Source of the DNA: Patescibacteria group bacterium
Lineage (GTDB): Bacteria > Patescibacteriota > Patescibacteriia > Magasanikbacterales > GWA2-37-8
Assembly: GCA_028705565.1 (NCBI GenBank)
Contig: JAQWDH010000006.1
Location: 1-59,779, forward strand
Direction: 5' to 3'
Length of the DNA stretch: 59,779 nt
Shown here: in pieces, positions 28,786-38,071 of the stretch
Layout: each line of letters starts with the position of its first letter
How positions within the stretch are numbered: position 1 is the first letter of the stretch
Notes under the pieces: generated by a model
Database searches by the model: none
What the model was told of the DNA's origin: nothing
The model's input: only the letters and a program-made list of their open reading frames with translations
Position numbers and translations under genes: made by a program

Positions 28786-29912
28786 AAATTTTGTATATCA
28801 CAAACAATCTAAGCGGTTCAGATGGTTGGAGTAGGTATAGCATTGACATTGCTAAGGCGTTTGATGAACAAGAAACATTGTGGGTAGTTTCAAATAAATT
28901 AGAAAATAAATTTAGTCAGAAGAAATTATTATACGAACCGTTGCGATATCTATCAAACATTTTTTGGGTTTTTGTTTCCGCCGTAAAGATAAATAAAACT
29001 ATAAAAAGTTTTTCTCCCGATGTTGTTCATTTTTTGGTTGAGCCGTATCTAATGGTTTTACCTTTTTTGAATATAAAAAAAGCAAAAATCGTTTCCACAG
29101 TACATGGGACATATTCATTTTTGCCAAACACCAGAAAAAATGGAATTAAAAAAATTATTTTATTATGGTGGATAAAGTTTATTTATAAAAAGATAGATAA
29201 TATAGTTGCTGTTAGCAATTACACGAAAAATTATTTGATTGGATGTTTAAACGATTATCATATTAAAGGCGTAAAAGAAAAAATAACCGTTATAAGCAAT
29301 GGAGTTGATTTTTATAATTTTTATCGCGCACGTGAAAAAAAATATATAACTAAGACGAAACATATATTATTTGTAGGCGCGGTTAAGAGGAGAAAGGGAT
29401 TGCATGAAGCGATTAACGCTTTAAAATTTTATAACGATAATTTTTCAAGCGATTTTGTTTTTGATATTGTAGGATATTATAAAAAAAAAGATAAATATTA
29501 TTTGTATTTGAAATCGTTGATAAATTCATACGAATTGGACGACAAAATTAAATTTAAAAATAGAGTTGACGAATTAATTTTACGTGATTATTATGTTAAA
29601 GCTGATTTGTTTTTAATGTTGTCCACAAAGGAAGAAAATAAATTTGAAGGATTCGGACTGGTTTATTTGGAAGCAAACACCTATGGCGTTCCTTGTGTAG
29701 GCGCCAAATATAGCGGGGCGGAAGACGCTATTTTGGATGGAAAAACCGGTTATTTGGCGGAAGCGAATTCTAGAAAGGATGTGTCCGATAAAATTAATTT
29801 GGTTTTGGATAAACATACTATTAATTCGGATGTTTGCGTAAGTTGGGCAAAACAAAACGATATAAAAATAAAAAGCAAGGAAATATTTGAAATATATAAA
29901 AAAATTAAATAA
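28782..29912 (+). CDS. Glycosyltransferase family 4
   Basis: MKILYITNNLSGSDGWSRY... and ...FEGFGLVYLEANTYGVPCVGAKYSGAEDAILDGKTGYL.... ATGA overlap with the upstream gene. Confidence 0.8.
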   Translation: MKILYITNNLSGSDGWSRYSIDIAKAFDEQETLWVVSNKLENKFSQKKLLYEPLRYLSNIFWVFVSAVKINKTIKSFSPDVVHFLVEPYLMVLPFLNIKKAKIVSTVHGTYSFLPNTRKNGIKKIILLWWIKFIYKKIDNIVAVSNYTKNYLIGCLNDYHIKGVKEKITVISNGVDFYNFYRAREKKYITKTKHILFVGAVKRRKGLHEAINALKFYNDNFSSDFVFDIVGYYKKKDKYYLYLKSLINSYELDDKIKFKNRVDELILRDYYVKADLFLMLSTKEENKFEGFGLVYLEANTYGVPCVGAKYSGAEDAILDGKTGYLAEANSRKDVSDKINLVLDKHTINSDVCVSWAKQNDIKIKSKEIFEIYKKIK

Positions 29913-29916
29913 ATTT

Positions 29917-30666
29917 ATGAGAATTTTTCAAGGATTGTATAAAATTAAAGAAGATTTTAAATGGTTATTCGGTTATCCGATTGTGGATTTTTTTACTGAT
30001 TCGTGTGTTAATTATGATAAGTATTGGGAGAAAAGAGGTCGTAACAGTCGTCCTTTTTTGTCAAAATGGCAGAAAAAAAGAGCTGTCTTTGTTTTAAAAT
30101 CAATTGAAAAAGGTTCCACAGTATTGGATTTAGGATGCGGAGACGGCATCCTTTTAAAATATCTTCAAGAAAAGGCAGAAATTAAAGGATGTGGCGTGGA
30201 TTCAAGCGATAAGATTTTAAACCAGGCAAAATCCATAGGAGTTTTCACTATAAAAATGGATATTATTGATATAGACAATATAAAATCACTATCAATATTT
30301 GATTATATAACATGTTTTGAAATTATTGAACATTTGTCTTGCCCAGAAATTTTGCTGAATTGCTTAAAAGGAAAAGTGCGCAAAGCTATTTTTTTTTCCA
30401 TTCCAAATACAGGATATTATGCGCATCGTTTAAGATTACTATTCGGCAAATTTCCATTACAGTGGGCCGGGCATCCGGGCGAACATTTGCGTTTTTGGAC
30501 GCTATCAGATATAAAATGGTGGGTAAAATCATTAGGTTTTAATATTGAAAGTTTGGAATTATACGAAGGATTTCCCATATTAAATAAAATATTTCCGTCA
30601 TTATTTGCGCAAGGTATATTACTAAAAATAGTTGATAACAATAAAGTGAAAAATAATGCGAAATAA
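29917..30666 (+). CDS. Class I SAM-dependent methyltransferase, MetW-like
   Basis: VLDLGCGDGILLKYL motif I, FDYITCFEIIEHL, and GEHLRFWTLSDIKWW resembling the MetW family. The ATG at 29917 is preferred; the track start at 29887 is a TTG inside the upstream gene. Confidence 0.75.
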   Translation: MRIFQGLYKIKEDFKWLFGYPIVDFFTDSCVNYDKYWEKRGRNSRPFLSKWQKKRAVFVLKSIEKGSTVLDLGCGDGILLKYLQEKAEIKGCGVDSSDKILNQAKSIGVFTIKMDIIDIDNIKSLSIFDYITCFEIIEHLSCPEILLNCLKGKVRKAIFFSIPNTGYYAHRLRLLFGKFPLQWAGHPGEHLRFWTLSDIKWWVKSLGFNIESLELYEGFPILNKIFPSLFAQGILLKIVDNNKVKNNAK

Positions 30667-30670
30667 AATT

Positions 30671-32095
30671 ATGAGAGTTTTTTTGGTTTTACTGAAAATT
30701 AATTCTAATTGCCAGTGGCATGTTGGATTGTCTTATATTTCCGCCGTGCTTAAAAAAGGAGGGCACGACGTGGAACTGTTTGAACTTGAAAATTTTCATG
30801 AACAAAATCATTTTTTGTTGGAAAGAATAAAAGAATTCCGTCCAGGAGTAATTGGCATATCCTCCAATTCTCATCAGTTTAAATATGTTGATATTTTGGC
30901 AAAAGAGATTAAAGATTGCGTGTCAGTTCCGATATTTTTAGGTGGAGTTCATACAACTTTGAACCCGGAAAATATTAAGGAACTGAAATATGTGGATGGT
31001 GTTTGTATCGGAGAGGGAGAAGAAGCATTTTTGGAATTGGTAAATGCCATAAATAATAAACGAAATTTAACGGATATAAAAAATTTTTGGATAAAACACG
31101 GAGGTGAAGTTATAAAAAACACCAGCCGTCCTTTAATTGAAAATTTGAATTTTTTACCATTTCCCGATCGTTCAATTTTTAATTATTTTAAAGAGAAAAA
31201 AACTAAAAAAGTACCGCGTTTTATTTTTTCCCGCGGGTGCCCTTTTGACTGCGCTTATTGTTGTAACCACGCGATAAAAAAAGTTTATAAAGATTTAGGA
31301 AAATATGTTAGATTCAGGACTGTTAATATGGCCATCGCTGAAATTGAAGCGGAGCTGCAAAAATATAATTTTTCTCATTTTAAATTAGACGACGATACCT
31401 TTTCTTTAAATAAAAGTTGGTTAAAAGAATTTTGTAATACAATTGCGATCAAAAATTGGAATTTAACTTTTGAATGCAATGTTCGTCCTGGCACAATTGA
31501 CGCGGAAGCGATGAATGCTTTAAAAAAAGGCGGATGTACTTTGGTAAAAATTGGTATAGAAACCGGGAATGAAGCATTAAGAAAAGAAGTGCTGAACAGA
31601 AAATTTTCAAATCAAGATATAATTAAAACATTCAAAATAGCTAAAGAAAATGGCATAAAAACCTTTTCTTTTAATATGATTGGCATACCTGGTGAAAATC
31701 GTACGACAATTAAAGAAACCATTGATTTAAACGCAAAAATAAAGCCGGATTTTATGCAGGTAACCATTTTTTATCCTTATCGTGGAACTGTTTTGGGGGA
31801 TGAGTGTTTTCGGAAAGGGTATGTGGAAAGATTCTCTGAAGATTCGTATATGGAAAAATCTTCTTTAAAATTACCAGGTATTTCAAGACACCTGATAGAA
31901 AAGTCTGCTAAAAATTTTAAGTTTAAAGTATATTGGCATTATGACAAAAAAAAAGCGTTAAAAGAAGCTATTTTAATAGTAAAAATGTTTATTTTGTCTA
32001 ATTTTGTACTTTGTTTTGTTTTTAAAAAAGCCCGTATTTTGGTTAAAAACATTAAAAAAATTAGGTTGACTTTAATCAGAAAAATGATAAAATAG
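30671..32095 (+). CDS. B12-binding-domain radical SAM protein (paralog F)
   Basis: FLGGVHTTLNPE, CIGEGEEAFLELV, SRGCPFDCAYCCNH (CX3CX2C), GIPGEN. An alternative ATG at 30656 overlaps the upstream gene by 11 nt. Confidence 0.85.
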   Translation: MRVFLVLLKINSNCQWHVGLSYISAVLKKGGHDVELFELENFHEQNHFLLERIKEFRPGVIGISSNSHQFKYVDILAKEIKDCVSVPIFLGGVHTTLNPENIKELKYVDGVCIGEGEEAFLELVNAINNKRNLTDIKNFWIKHGGEVIKNTSRPLIENLNFLPFPDRSIFNYFKEKKTKKVPRFIFSRGCPFDCAYCCNHAIKKVYKDLGKYVRFRTVNMAIAEIEAELQKYNFSHFKLDDDTFSLNKSWLKEFCNTIAIKNWNLTFECNVRPGTIDAEAMNALKKGGCTLVKIGIETGNEALRKEVLNRKFSNQDIIKTFKIAKENGIKTFSFNMIGIPGENRTTIKETIDLNAKIKPDFMQVTIFYPYRGTVLGDECFRKGYVERFSEDSYMEKSSLKLPGISRHLIEKSAKNFKFKVYWHYDKKKALKEAILIVKMFILSNFVLCFVFKKARILVKNIKKIRLTLIRKMIK

Positions 32096-32120
32096 CCGCA
32101 TATTTAAAAAAATTTATTTT

Positions 32121-32897
32121 ATGAATATTATTGCTATTATCCCCGCTAGAATGGGTTCTACCCGTTTTCCGGGTAAACCGCTGGCTAAAATTAATGGTAT
32201 CCCAATGGTCGGTCATGTTTATTTTAGGAGCAAAATGAGCAAGATTCTTTCTGATGTTTATGTGGCTACTTGTGACAAAGTAATTGCGGATTATGTAGCT
32301 TCAATCGGTGGCAAGGTAATTATGACAAAGAATGCGCACAAGCGAGCTAGCGACAGGGTTGCGGAAGCTGCGCAAAAAATAGAGCAGGAAACCAAAAAAA
32401 AAGCAGATATTATTGTTATGGTTCAAGGAGATGAGCCGATGATCGTGCCGGAAATGATTAATGCCTCGCTTCGTCCATTGATAAAAGACCCGTCTTTGCG
32501 AGTGGTTAATTTAATGAGTAAAATTCATAATGTAGAAAACCATAATGACCGCAATGAAATAAAAGTTGTTGTTGATAAAGAAAATAATGCTTTATATTTT
32601 TCTCGAGAGGCGATTCCAACTCGTTGTAAAAACTGCAATAAAATTACAATGTATAAACAAGTTTGTGTCATTCCTTTTCGTAGAAATTTTTTGTTTGAGT
32701 TCAGCGCTCTCAAACCGACACCGTTGGAGATAGCAGAGTCAATAGATATGTTGCGTGTGTTGGAGCATGGACAAAAAGTCCGTATGGTTCTATCACCGGT
32801 AGAAAATACATTTAGCGTTGATACGAGTGAAGATTTATTAGAAGTGGAAAAATTAATGAAAAATGATCCGCTCATTGTTAAGTACAAAAAATATTAA
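32121..32897 (+). CDS. kdsB: 3-deoxy-manno-octulosonate cytidylyltransferase (KdsB) family enzyme
   Basis: MNIIAIIPARMGSTRFPGKPLAKINGIPMVGHV..., VQGDEPMI, ALYFSREAIP and ...IDMLRVLEHGQKV... are colinear with E. coli KdsB motifs (IIPARYASTRLPGKPL, VQGDEPMI, ALYFSR, LEQLRVL). The actual substrate is unknown. Confidence 0.75.
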   Translation: MNIIAIIPARMGSTRFPGKPLAKINGIPMVGHVYFRSKMSKILSDVYVATCDKVIADYVASIGGKVIMTKNAHKRASDRVAEAAQKIEQETKKKADIIVMVQGDEPMIVPEMINASLRPLIKDPSLRVVNLMSKIHNVENHNDRNEIKVVVDKENNALYFSREAIPTRCKNCNKITMYKQVCVIPFRRNFLFEFSALKPTPLEIAESIDMLRVLEHGQKVRMVLSPVENTFSVDTSEDLLEVEKLMKNDPLIVKYKKY

Positions 32898-32924
32898 AAA
32901 ATTAAATTAAGGCAAAATTATTTT

Positions 32925-34811
32925 ATGCCTGAAATAAGTATAATTATTCGGACATTTAATGAAGAGAAACACTTGCCAGTTCTTTTAGAAGCGCTATCAA
33001 AGCAAACTTTTAGAAATTTTGAAATAATTTTGGTTGATTCCGGTTCCACCGACAAAACACTTTTAATTGCTCAAGATAAGTGTAAAAAAATTATACGGAT
33101 TCATAGCCGTGATTTTACTTTTGGTTATTCTTTAAATGTCGGGTGTCGTAACAGTTTGGGAAAATATTTTGTTATTATTTCCGCCCACGCTTTTCCATCA
33201 AATAATAAATGGCTGGAAAATTTAACAGCGCCATTTATTGATGAGAGTGTGGTAATGACTTATGGCAGGCATATAGGAGCGGAACAAAATAAGTTTTCTG
33301 AAAAAAGAGATTTTAAAAAATATTTTTGTTCATCGGAAAAAAATTTGCACCCATTCTCTTTTTTTGCAAATAATGCGAATTCAGCAATAAAGCGTTCTGT
33401 TTGGGAAAAACATCCATTTGATGAGTGTCTGACCGGCTTAGAAGATATTGCTTGGGCAAAAAAAACACAAGATTTAAATTTAATAACAAAATACGTTCCG
33501 GAAGCAGTTGTTTATCATATTCACGAAGAATCGTGGGATAAAATTTATAATCGTTATCGTCGTGAAGCGATTGCTGCCCGCCACATCGGTTTACCACACC
33601 CGCCGCTAGCTTCCCCAAGTTTTAAAAAATTTATTACTTATATATGCGGAGATATTTTTGATGACTTAAATAATTTTAACCGAAATCGTTTAAAAGAAAT
33701 ATTTTTATTTCGTTTTTACCAATGGATTGGCACTCGTCATGGCTGGTTTCATAATAAAAATAATCGCAGTTTTACCTTAAAAGACAGAGATAGCCTATAT
33801 TTTTCCGGCGCGAATAATGGAGTTGTTGTTTTAGATAAAAATTGCGCGCAATGGAAAGAAATTGCAATGCCCGAGGTTAAACCAGGCGATGTTTTGGTAA
33901 AAGTAGCTTATGTAGGAGTTTGTCAGACCGATTTGGAAATTTATAAAGGCGAACTCGGCTATTATAAACATGGGATAGCTAAATACCCAATTATTCCCGG
34001 TCATGAATTTTCAGGTGAAGTTGTTAAAGTTGGCGCAAATAATCAAAAGACTTTTAAAATTGGCGATAAGGTTGTAGGCGAATGCGTTATTTCTTGCGGA
34101 AATTGTTCGTTTTGTAGAAAAGGGAATCGCGTTGCTTGCGTTGAAAGAAAAGAAATCGGAGTAATGAATCATGACGGAGCTTATTCAAAGTTTATTGTTT
34201 TGCCGGCACATTTTTTACATCACATCCCGGAAGAGTTGGATTTAAAAGTCGCTTGTTTAGCCGAACCTTTAGCAGTAGTGTTACGTGCCGTTAGAAGAGT
34301 AGAACACAGAATAAAATTTGCGAGTCGGTGCGCTGTTGTTGGCGCTGGACCGATTGGCAATTTTTGCGCGCAAATTTTAAGCGCGCTTGGTCATACAGTA
34401 AAAGTTTACGATAGAAATGAATCAAGGCTTAAATTTTTTAAAAAAAATATTATAACCAGTAGCGCTACATTGGAAGATTGCGCAGATTATGATTTAATTA
34501 TTGAGGCGAGCGGAAATTTAGATGCTTTGAGCCGTGTTTTAACAAAAAGTCAAGCAGGTTCCACAGTCCTTTTATTAGGTTTTCCTTACGGTAAATTAAA
34601 ATATAATTTTGAGGATGTCGTCGGTAAAGAAAAAACAATAATAGGTTCAGTTGGTGGTTCTAATGAAGATTTTGTAAAAGCTTTGCAGATTTTGTCAACC
34701 TTAGATACTGTTAATTTTTTAAAAGCAGTAGTCCCTATTAAAGAGTTTTTGTATGCTTGGAAGTTGCATTCATCTAAAGAGTATTTAAAAGTTATATTAT
34801 CTGTTGGTTAA
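32925..34811 (+). CDS. Fusion protein: GT2-type glycosyltransferase domain + zinc-type medium-chain alcohol/polyol dehydrogenase domain
   Basis: N-terminus ISIIIRTFNEEKHLPVLLEALSKQTFRNFEIILVDSGSTDKT (GT2). C-terminus ...GDVLVKVAYVGVCQTDLEIYKG...PIIPGHEFSGEVVKVG..., structural-zinc Cys cluster CGNCSFCRKGNRVAC, and VVGAGPIGNF Rossmann motif. Confidence 0.8.
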   Translation: MPEISIIIRTFNEEKHLPVLLEALSKQTFRNFEIILVDSGSTDKTLLIAQDKCKKIIRIHSRDFTFGYSLNVGCRNSLGKYFVIISAHAFPSNNKWLENLTAPFIDESVVMTYGRHIGAEQNKFSEKRDFKKYFCSSEKNLHPFSFFANNANSAIKRSVWEKHPFDECLTGLEDIAWAKKTQDLNLITKYVPEAVVYHIHEESWDKIYNRYRREAIAARHIGLPHPPLASPSFKKFITYICGDIFDDLNNFNRNRLKEIFLFRFYQWIGTRHGWFHNKNNRSFTLKDRDSLYFSGANNGVVVLDKNCAQWKEIAMPEVKPGDVLVKVAYVGVCQTDLEIYKGELGYYKHGIAKYPIIPGHEFSGEVVKVGANNQKTFKIGDKVVGECVISCGNCSFCRKGNRVACVERKEIGVMNHDGAYSKFIVLPAHFLHHIPEELDLKVACLAEPLAVVLRAVRRVEHRIKFASRCAVVGAGPIGNFCAQILSALGHTVKVYDRNESRLKFFKKNIITSSATLEDCADYDLIIEASGNLDALSRVLTKSQAGSTVLLLGFPYGKLKYNFEDVVGKEKTIIGSVGGSNEDFVKALQILSTLDTVNFLKAVVPIKEFLYAWKLHSSKEYLKVILSVG

Positions 34812-34825
34812 GTTGATTAAAAAGT

Positions 34826-35464
34826 ATGGAGAAGCGATTTATAGACGTTACATTGCCAATTGATAAAGGCATGCCGATTTGGCCTGATAGCACAGGGATT
34901 AATTTTAGTTGGACACATTGTTTGAACAAAGGAGGAATGGTTAATTTGACGCGATTAGACATGGATGTTCATGCCGGTACTCATGTGGAGGGACCTTTAC
35001 ATTATTATGCTAATGCGATTTCGGTTGATGAAATTCCTTTGGAAATTTTTTTAGGAAGAGCTTTGGTCGTTGATTTACCGGCGGTAGATAAAATAACGGC
35101 AAATGATTTAGAAAAATTGAGTTTACCAAAAGGTATTAAACGTTTGCTTTTTCGGACAAAAAATTCCGAACTCTGGAAAGATTTTAAACAATCATTTTAT
35201 GAAGATTTTGTCGGTCTTTCTTCTAGCGCCGCGCAATGGGTAGTTGACAAAAAAATAAAATTAATCGGAATTGATTATTTATCTGTAGCGAATTTTAAGC
35301 AAGGAAGATCGGTGCATAAGATATTGTTGAATGGAGGCGTGGTTGTTTTAGAGGGTTTAAATTTGCTAATGGCTCCAGCCGGTGAATACGAAATTATCTG
35401 TCTTCCTGTCAAGTTAATCGGCAGAGAAGCGTCCCCGGCTCGTGTAATTTTAAAAAAATTATGA
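34826..35464 (+). CDS. Putative cyclase / arylformamidase-family metal hydrolase
   Basis: The motif ...MDVHAGTHVEGPLHY... matches the HxGTHxDxPxH-type signature of the cyclase (kynurenine formamidase-like) family. Size is 212 aa. Confidence 0.65.
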   Translation: MEKRFIDVTLPIDKGMPIWPDSTGINFSWTHCLNKGGMVNLTRLDMDVHAGTHVEGPLHYYANAISVDEIPLEIFLGRALVVDLPAVDKITANDLEKLSLPKGIKRLLFRTKNSELWKDFKQSFYEDFVGLSSSAAQWVVDKKIKLIGIDYLSVANFKQGRSVHKILLNGGVVVLEGLNLLMAPAGEYEIICLPVKLIGREASPARVILKKL

Positions 35465-36414
35465 GTATTAAAAAATGGAAAATTTTAGTATCCGCTCCAT
35501 ATTTTCAATTGGTACTGGACAAATACCGCGATTTTTTTGATGAACACGAAATTAAGTTGATAGTGCCACCGGTCAACGAAAGGATGTCAGAAGAAGAATT
35601 ACTGAAATACATTTGCGACATTGATGGCGTAATTTGCGGTGACGACCGTTTTAGCGCTCGTGTGATAGACGCAGCTACGAAATTAAAAGTTATATCAAAG
35701 TGGGGAACTGGCATTGATTCTATTGATATAGTGGCTGCTAAAAAAAAAGGTATAGCAGTAAAGAACACGCCAAACGCCTTTACTAAACCAGTAGCCGATA
35801 CAGCCATGGCTTTTATTTTATCTTTTGCCAGGCAGATACCGTGGATTGACAAAGAAATGAAAGATGGAAAGTGGAAAAAAATTTGTACAAATTCTTTAAG
35901 TGAAAGAGTATTGGGTGTTATAGGCGTTGGTAAAATCGGGCAGGCCGTAGCTCGTTGCGGTAAGGCATTTGGAATGCGAATTATAGGAAATGATACCAAT
36001 GAAGTATCAACTGATTTTCTTCGTGAAACAGGGATGATGTTGTTGTCTCTTAATGAATTGGTTTCGCAAGCTGATTATATTACTATACACTGTGATTTGA
36101 ATCCAACAAGTTTTCATTTAATCGGCGCGCCGCAGTTTGCTCTAATGAGCAACACTTCTTATGTTATTAATACGGCGCGCGGTCCGATAATAGATGAATC
36201 AGCTTTAATTCAAGCGCTAAATGAAAAAAAAATTGCAGGGGCTGGGTTAGATGTGTTTGAAAAAGAACCTTTACCGGTGGATTCTCCCTTATTAACGTTT
36301 CCTAATGTTCTTTTGACGCCGCACAATGCTAATTCCAGCCCGGCGGCTTGGCAAAAAGTACACGAGAATACAATAAAAAACTTGCTTGAAGAACTGCAAA
36401 AGTATGATAAATAA
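35461..36414 (+). CDS. D-isomer-specific 2-hydroxyacid dehydrogenase (PGDH/glycerate dehydrogenase-like)
   Basis: VLGVIGVGKIGQAVA NAD motif, and ...INTARGPIIDESALIQALNEKKIAGAGLDVFEKEPLP...LLTPHNA catalytic region. ATGA overlap with the upstream gene. Confidence 0.85.
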   Translation: MSIKKWKILVSAPYFQLVLDKYRDFFDEHEIKLIVPPVNERMSEEELLKYICDIDGVICGDDRFSARVIDAATKLKVISKWGTGIDSIDIVAAKKKGIAVKNTPNAFTKPVADTAMAFILSFARQIPWIDKEMKDGKWKKICTNSLSERVLGVIGVGKIGQAVARCGKAFGMRIIGNDTNEVSTDFLRETGMMLLSLNELVSQADYITIHCDLNPTSFHLIGAPQFALMSNTSYVINTARGPIIDESALIQALNEKKIAGAGLDVFEKEPLPVDSPLLTFPNVLLTPHNANSSPAAWQKVHENTIKNLLEELQKYDK

Positions 36415-36415
36415 T

Positions 36416-38044
36416 ATGAACCGGCGCATATCAATTGAATCTCAAGAGGATGGTGTCATTAAAATATTTAATGAAGAAGGAAAAATGTTGGAAAAATTTT
36501 TTGTAAAAGAAAACTTACAAAGAGCATTAGATTTATTAAAAAAAATAAACGGTTTGAAGACAAAAAAAGGGGTTCCTATTTATGAAATGAGAAAATTTAA
36601 AGGAAAATCAGTTTGGGCTTTTCAACAACATAATATTTTTTGGAATTATTTGAGAAATTATGTAATGTATGAACCGATAATAAAATTTTTACACAGTTTG
36701 AGTTTTAATAGTGTGAAAATTTCGGAAAATTTAAGAGAATTGGAAAAAATACTTAAAATTAACGGTTTGATAGTGGTAAATAGTAAAGAAGCGGATGGTA
36801 TTCGTAAAATTAAGATATTGTTAAAAATATTTTTAGCTAAAATTTTTTCTATAACGATAACTTTAATAGCATTTTTAAAATTATTTTTTAGTCGCTCCGG
36901 CACGTTGGTTTATACACCGGATAAATATTCTAAACATGATTGCGATTTTAGATTTGCCCCTGTTTATGATTATTTAAGAAAAAATAAAATTGATTTTATT
37001 GAAGTGTTACATACGCTTCTCGGCGGAGAATTTTATAAAAATTTTTTTAAAAGAAAGAGACCGGTTATTTATCTAGAAGCTTTAACTAATAGTTTTTTTT
37101 TAAATAAAAAAAATAATATTATTGATATTGATTTTGTTTCCATTGAACAATACAATGTTCCATATATAACGCGCCTTTTGTCTGAAATTGATAAAACGTC
37201 GCAAACAAGCATAAGGTTAATAAAAATTATAAGCTTATTTTTTAAATTAACTAAAATTAAAAGATTGGTTGCAATTGATGATGTTAGGTTTACTAACGAG
37301 CTTGTGATGGCGTGCGGATTAAATAATATAAAGACATATGCTTTTCAGCATGGACATTTTACAAAATACCATGTTGGTTGGATGAATTATGGAATACCGC
37401 AAGAGCTGTCCGTGACTTTTGATAAACTATTTGTCTGGAATGATTATTGGAAAAATATTTTATTTGATTACAGCTCTCAGTATAATGAAAAAAATGTTAG
37501 TGTCGGCGGGTGTTTGCGGAAACTGCCGAACATTTTGTATGAAAAAAGTTGCGCAAAAATTACGAACATTTCCCAAGTAAGCATCCTTCTGCCTTTTGAG
37601 GGAATGGTTGGACGAACCGGTACTATGATGGAAATTAAAAATTTTATTATAAAATTTTTAAATTTGAATGTAAAAATTTTTTTTAAAACAAGACCGGATT
37701 CTGATGTTAAAGAACAACTAAGCAATTACGGGTTAAACGATAATAACAGAGTTGAAATAGTCAGCGAAATAAACAAAGAAGTCCTTTTTAAAATAGACGC
37801 TGTCGTTGGATTATATAGTACTTTTTTAAACGAGATGATTTTTTATGATAAACCGATATTTTTAATGAAGACATCTTTTGATTTAGGGCACAGATTAACA
37901 GATGATGGGCTAGTCACACCTTTGGAAGAATGCTTTAACCCAAAAGTTATTGTTGACGGAATCAATAATTTTAGCTCAAAAAAGAAAATTGTTTGGACCG
38001 AAACAATAAATATTGAGCAGACATTGAATAAAATATTTTTTTAA
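36416..38044 (+). CDS. Uncharacterised 542-aa protein, possible GT-B-like transferase
   Basis: I recognised no confident family. The C-terminal half (...AFQHGHFTKYHVGW..., ...KIFFKTRPDSD..., ...AVVGLYSTFLNEMIFYDKPIFLM) has the layout of capsule/teichoic-type GT-B transferases. An alternative ATG at 36404 is possible; the track start at 36386 is a TTG. Confidence 0.3.
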   Translation: MNRRISIESQEDGVIKIFNEEGKMLEKFFVKENLQRALDLLKKINGLKTKKGVPIYEMRKFKGKSVWAFQQHNIFWNYLRNYVMYEPIIKFLHSLSFNSVKISENLRELEKILKINGLIVVNSKEADGIRKIKILLKIFLAKIFSITITLIAFLKLFFSRSGTLVYTPDKYSKHDCDFRFAPVYDYLRKNKIDFIEVLHTLLGGEFYKNFFKRKRPVIYLEALTNSFFLNKKNNIIDIDFVSIEQYNVPYITRLLSEIDKTSQTSIRLIKIISLFFKLTKIKRLVAIDDVRFTNELVMACGLNNIKTYAFQHGHFTKYHVGWMNYGIPQELSVTFDKLFVWNDYWKNILFDYSSQYNEKNVSVGGCLRKLPNILYEKSCAKITNISQVSILLPFEGMVGRTGTMMEIKNFIIKFLNLNVKIFFKTRPDSDVKEQLSNYGLNDNNRVEIVSEINKEVLFKIDAVVGLYSTFLNEMIFYDKPIFLMKTSFDLGHRLTDDGLVTPLEECFNPKVIVDGINNFSSKKKIVWTETINIEQTLNKIFF

Positions 38045-38071
38045 ATTTATCCGAGTAATAATTATTTTTTT

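Noticed and set aside
8327-32095. The radical SAM paralogs as RiPP maturases, with hidden precursor peptides.
   Set aside because: The intergenic spaces next to them are only 0-30 nt and I could not find a short Cys/Ser/Thr-rich ORF. All neighbours are sugar-handling enzymes.
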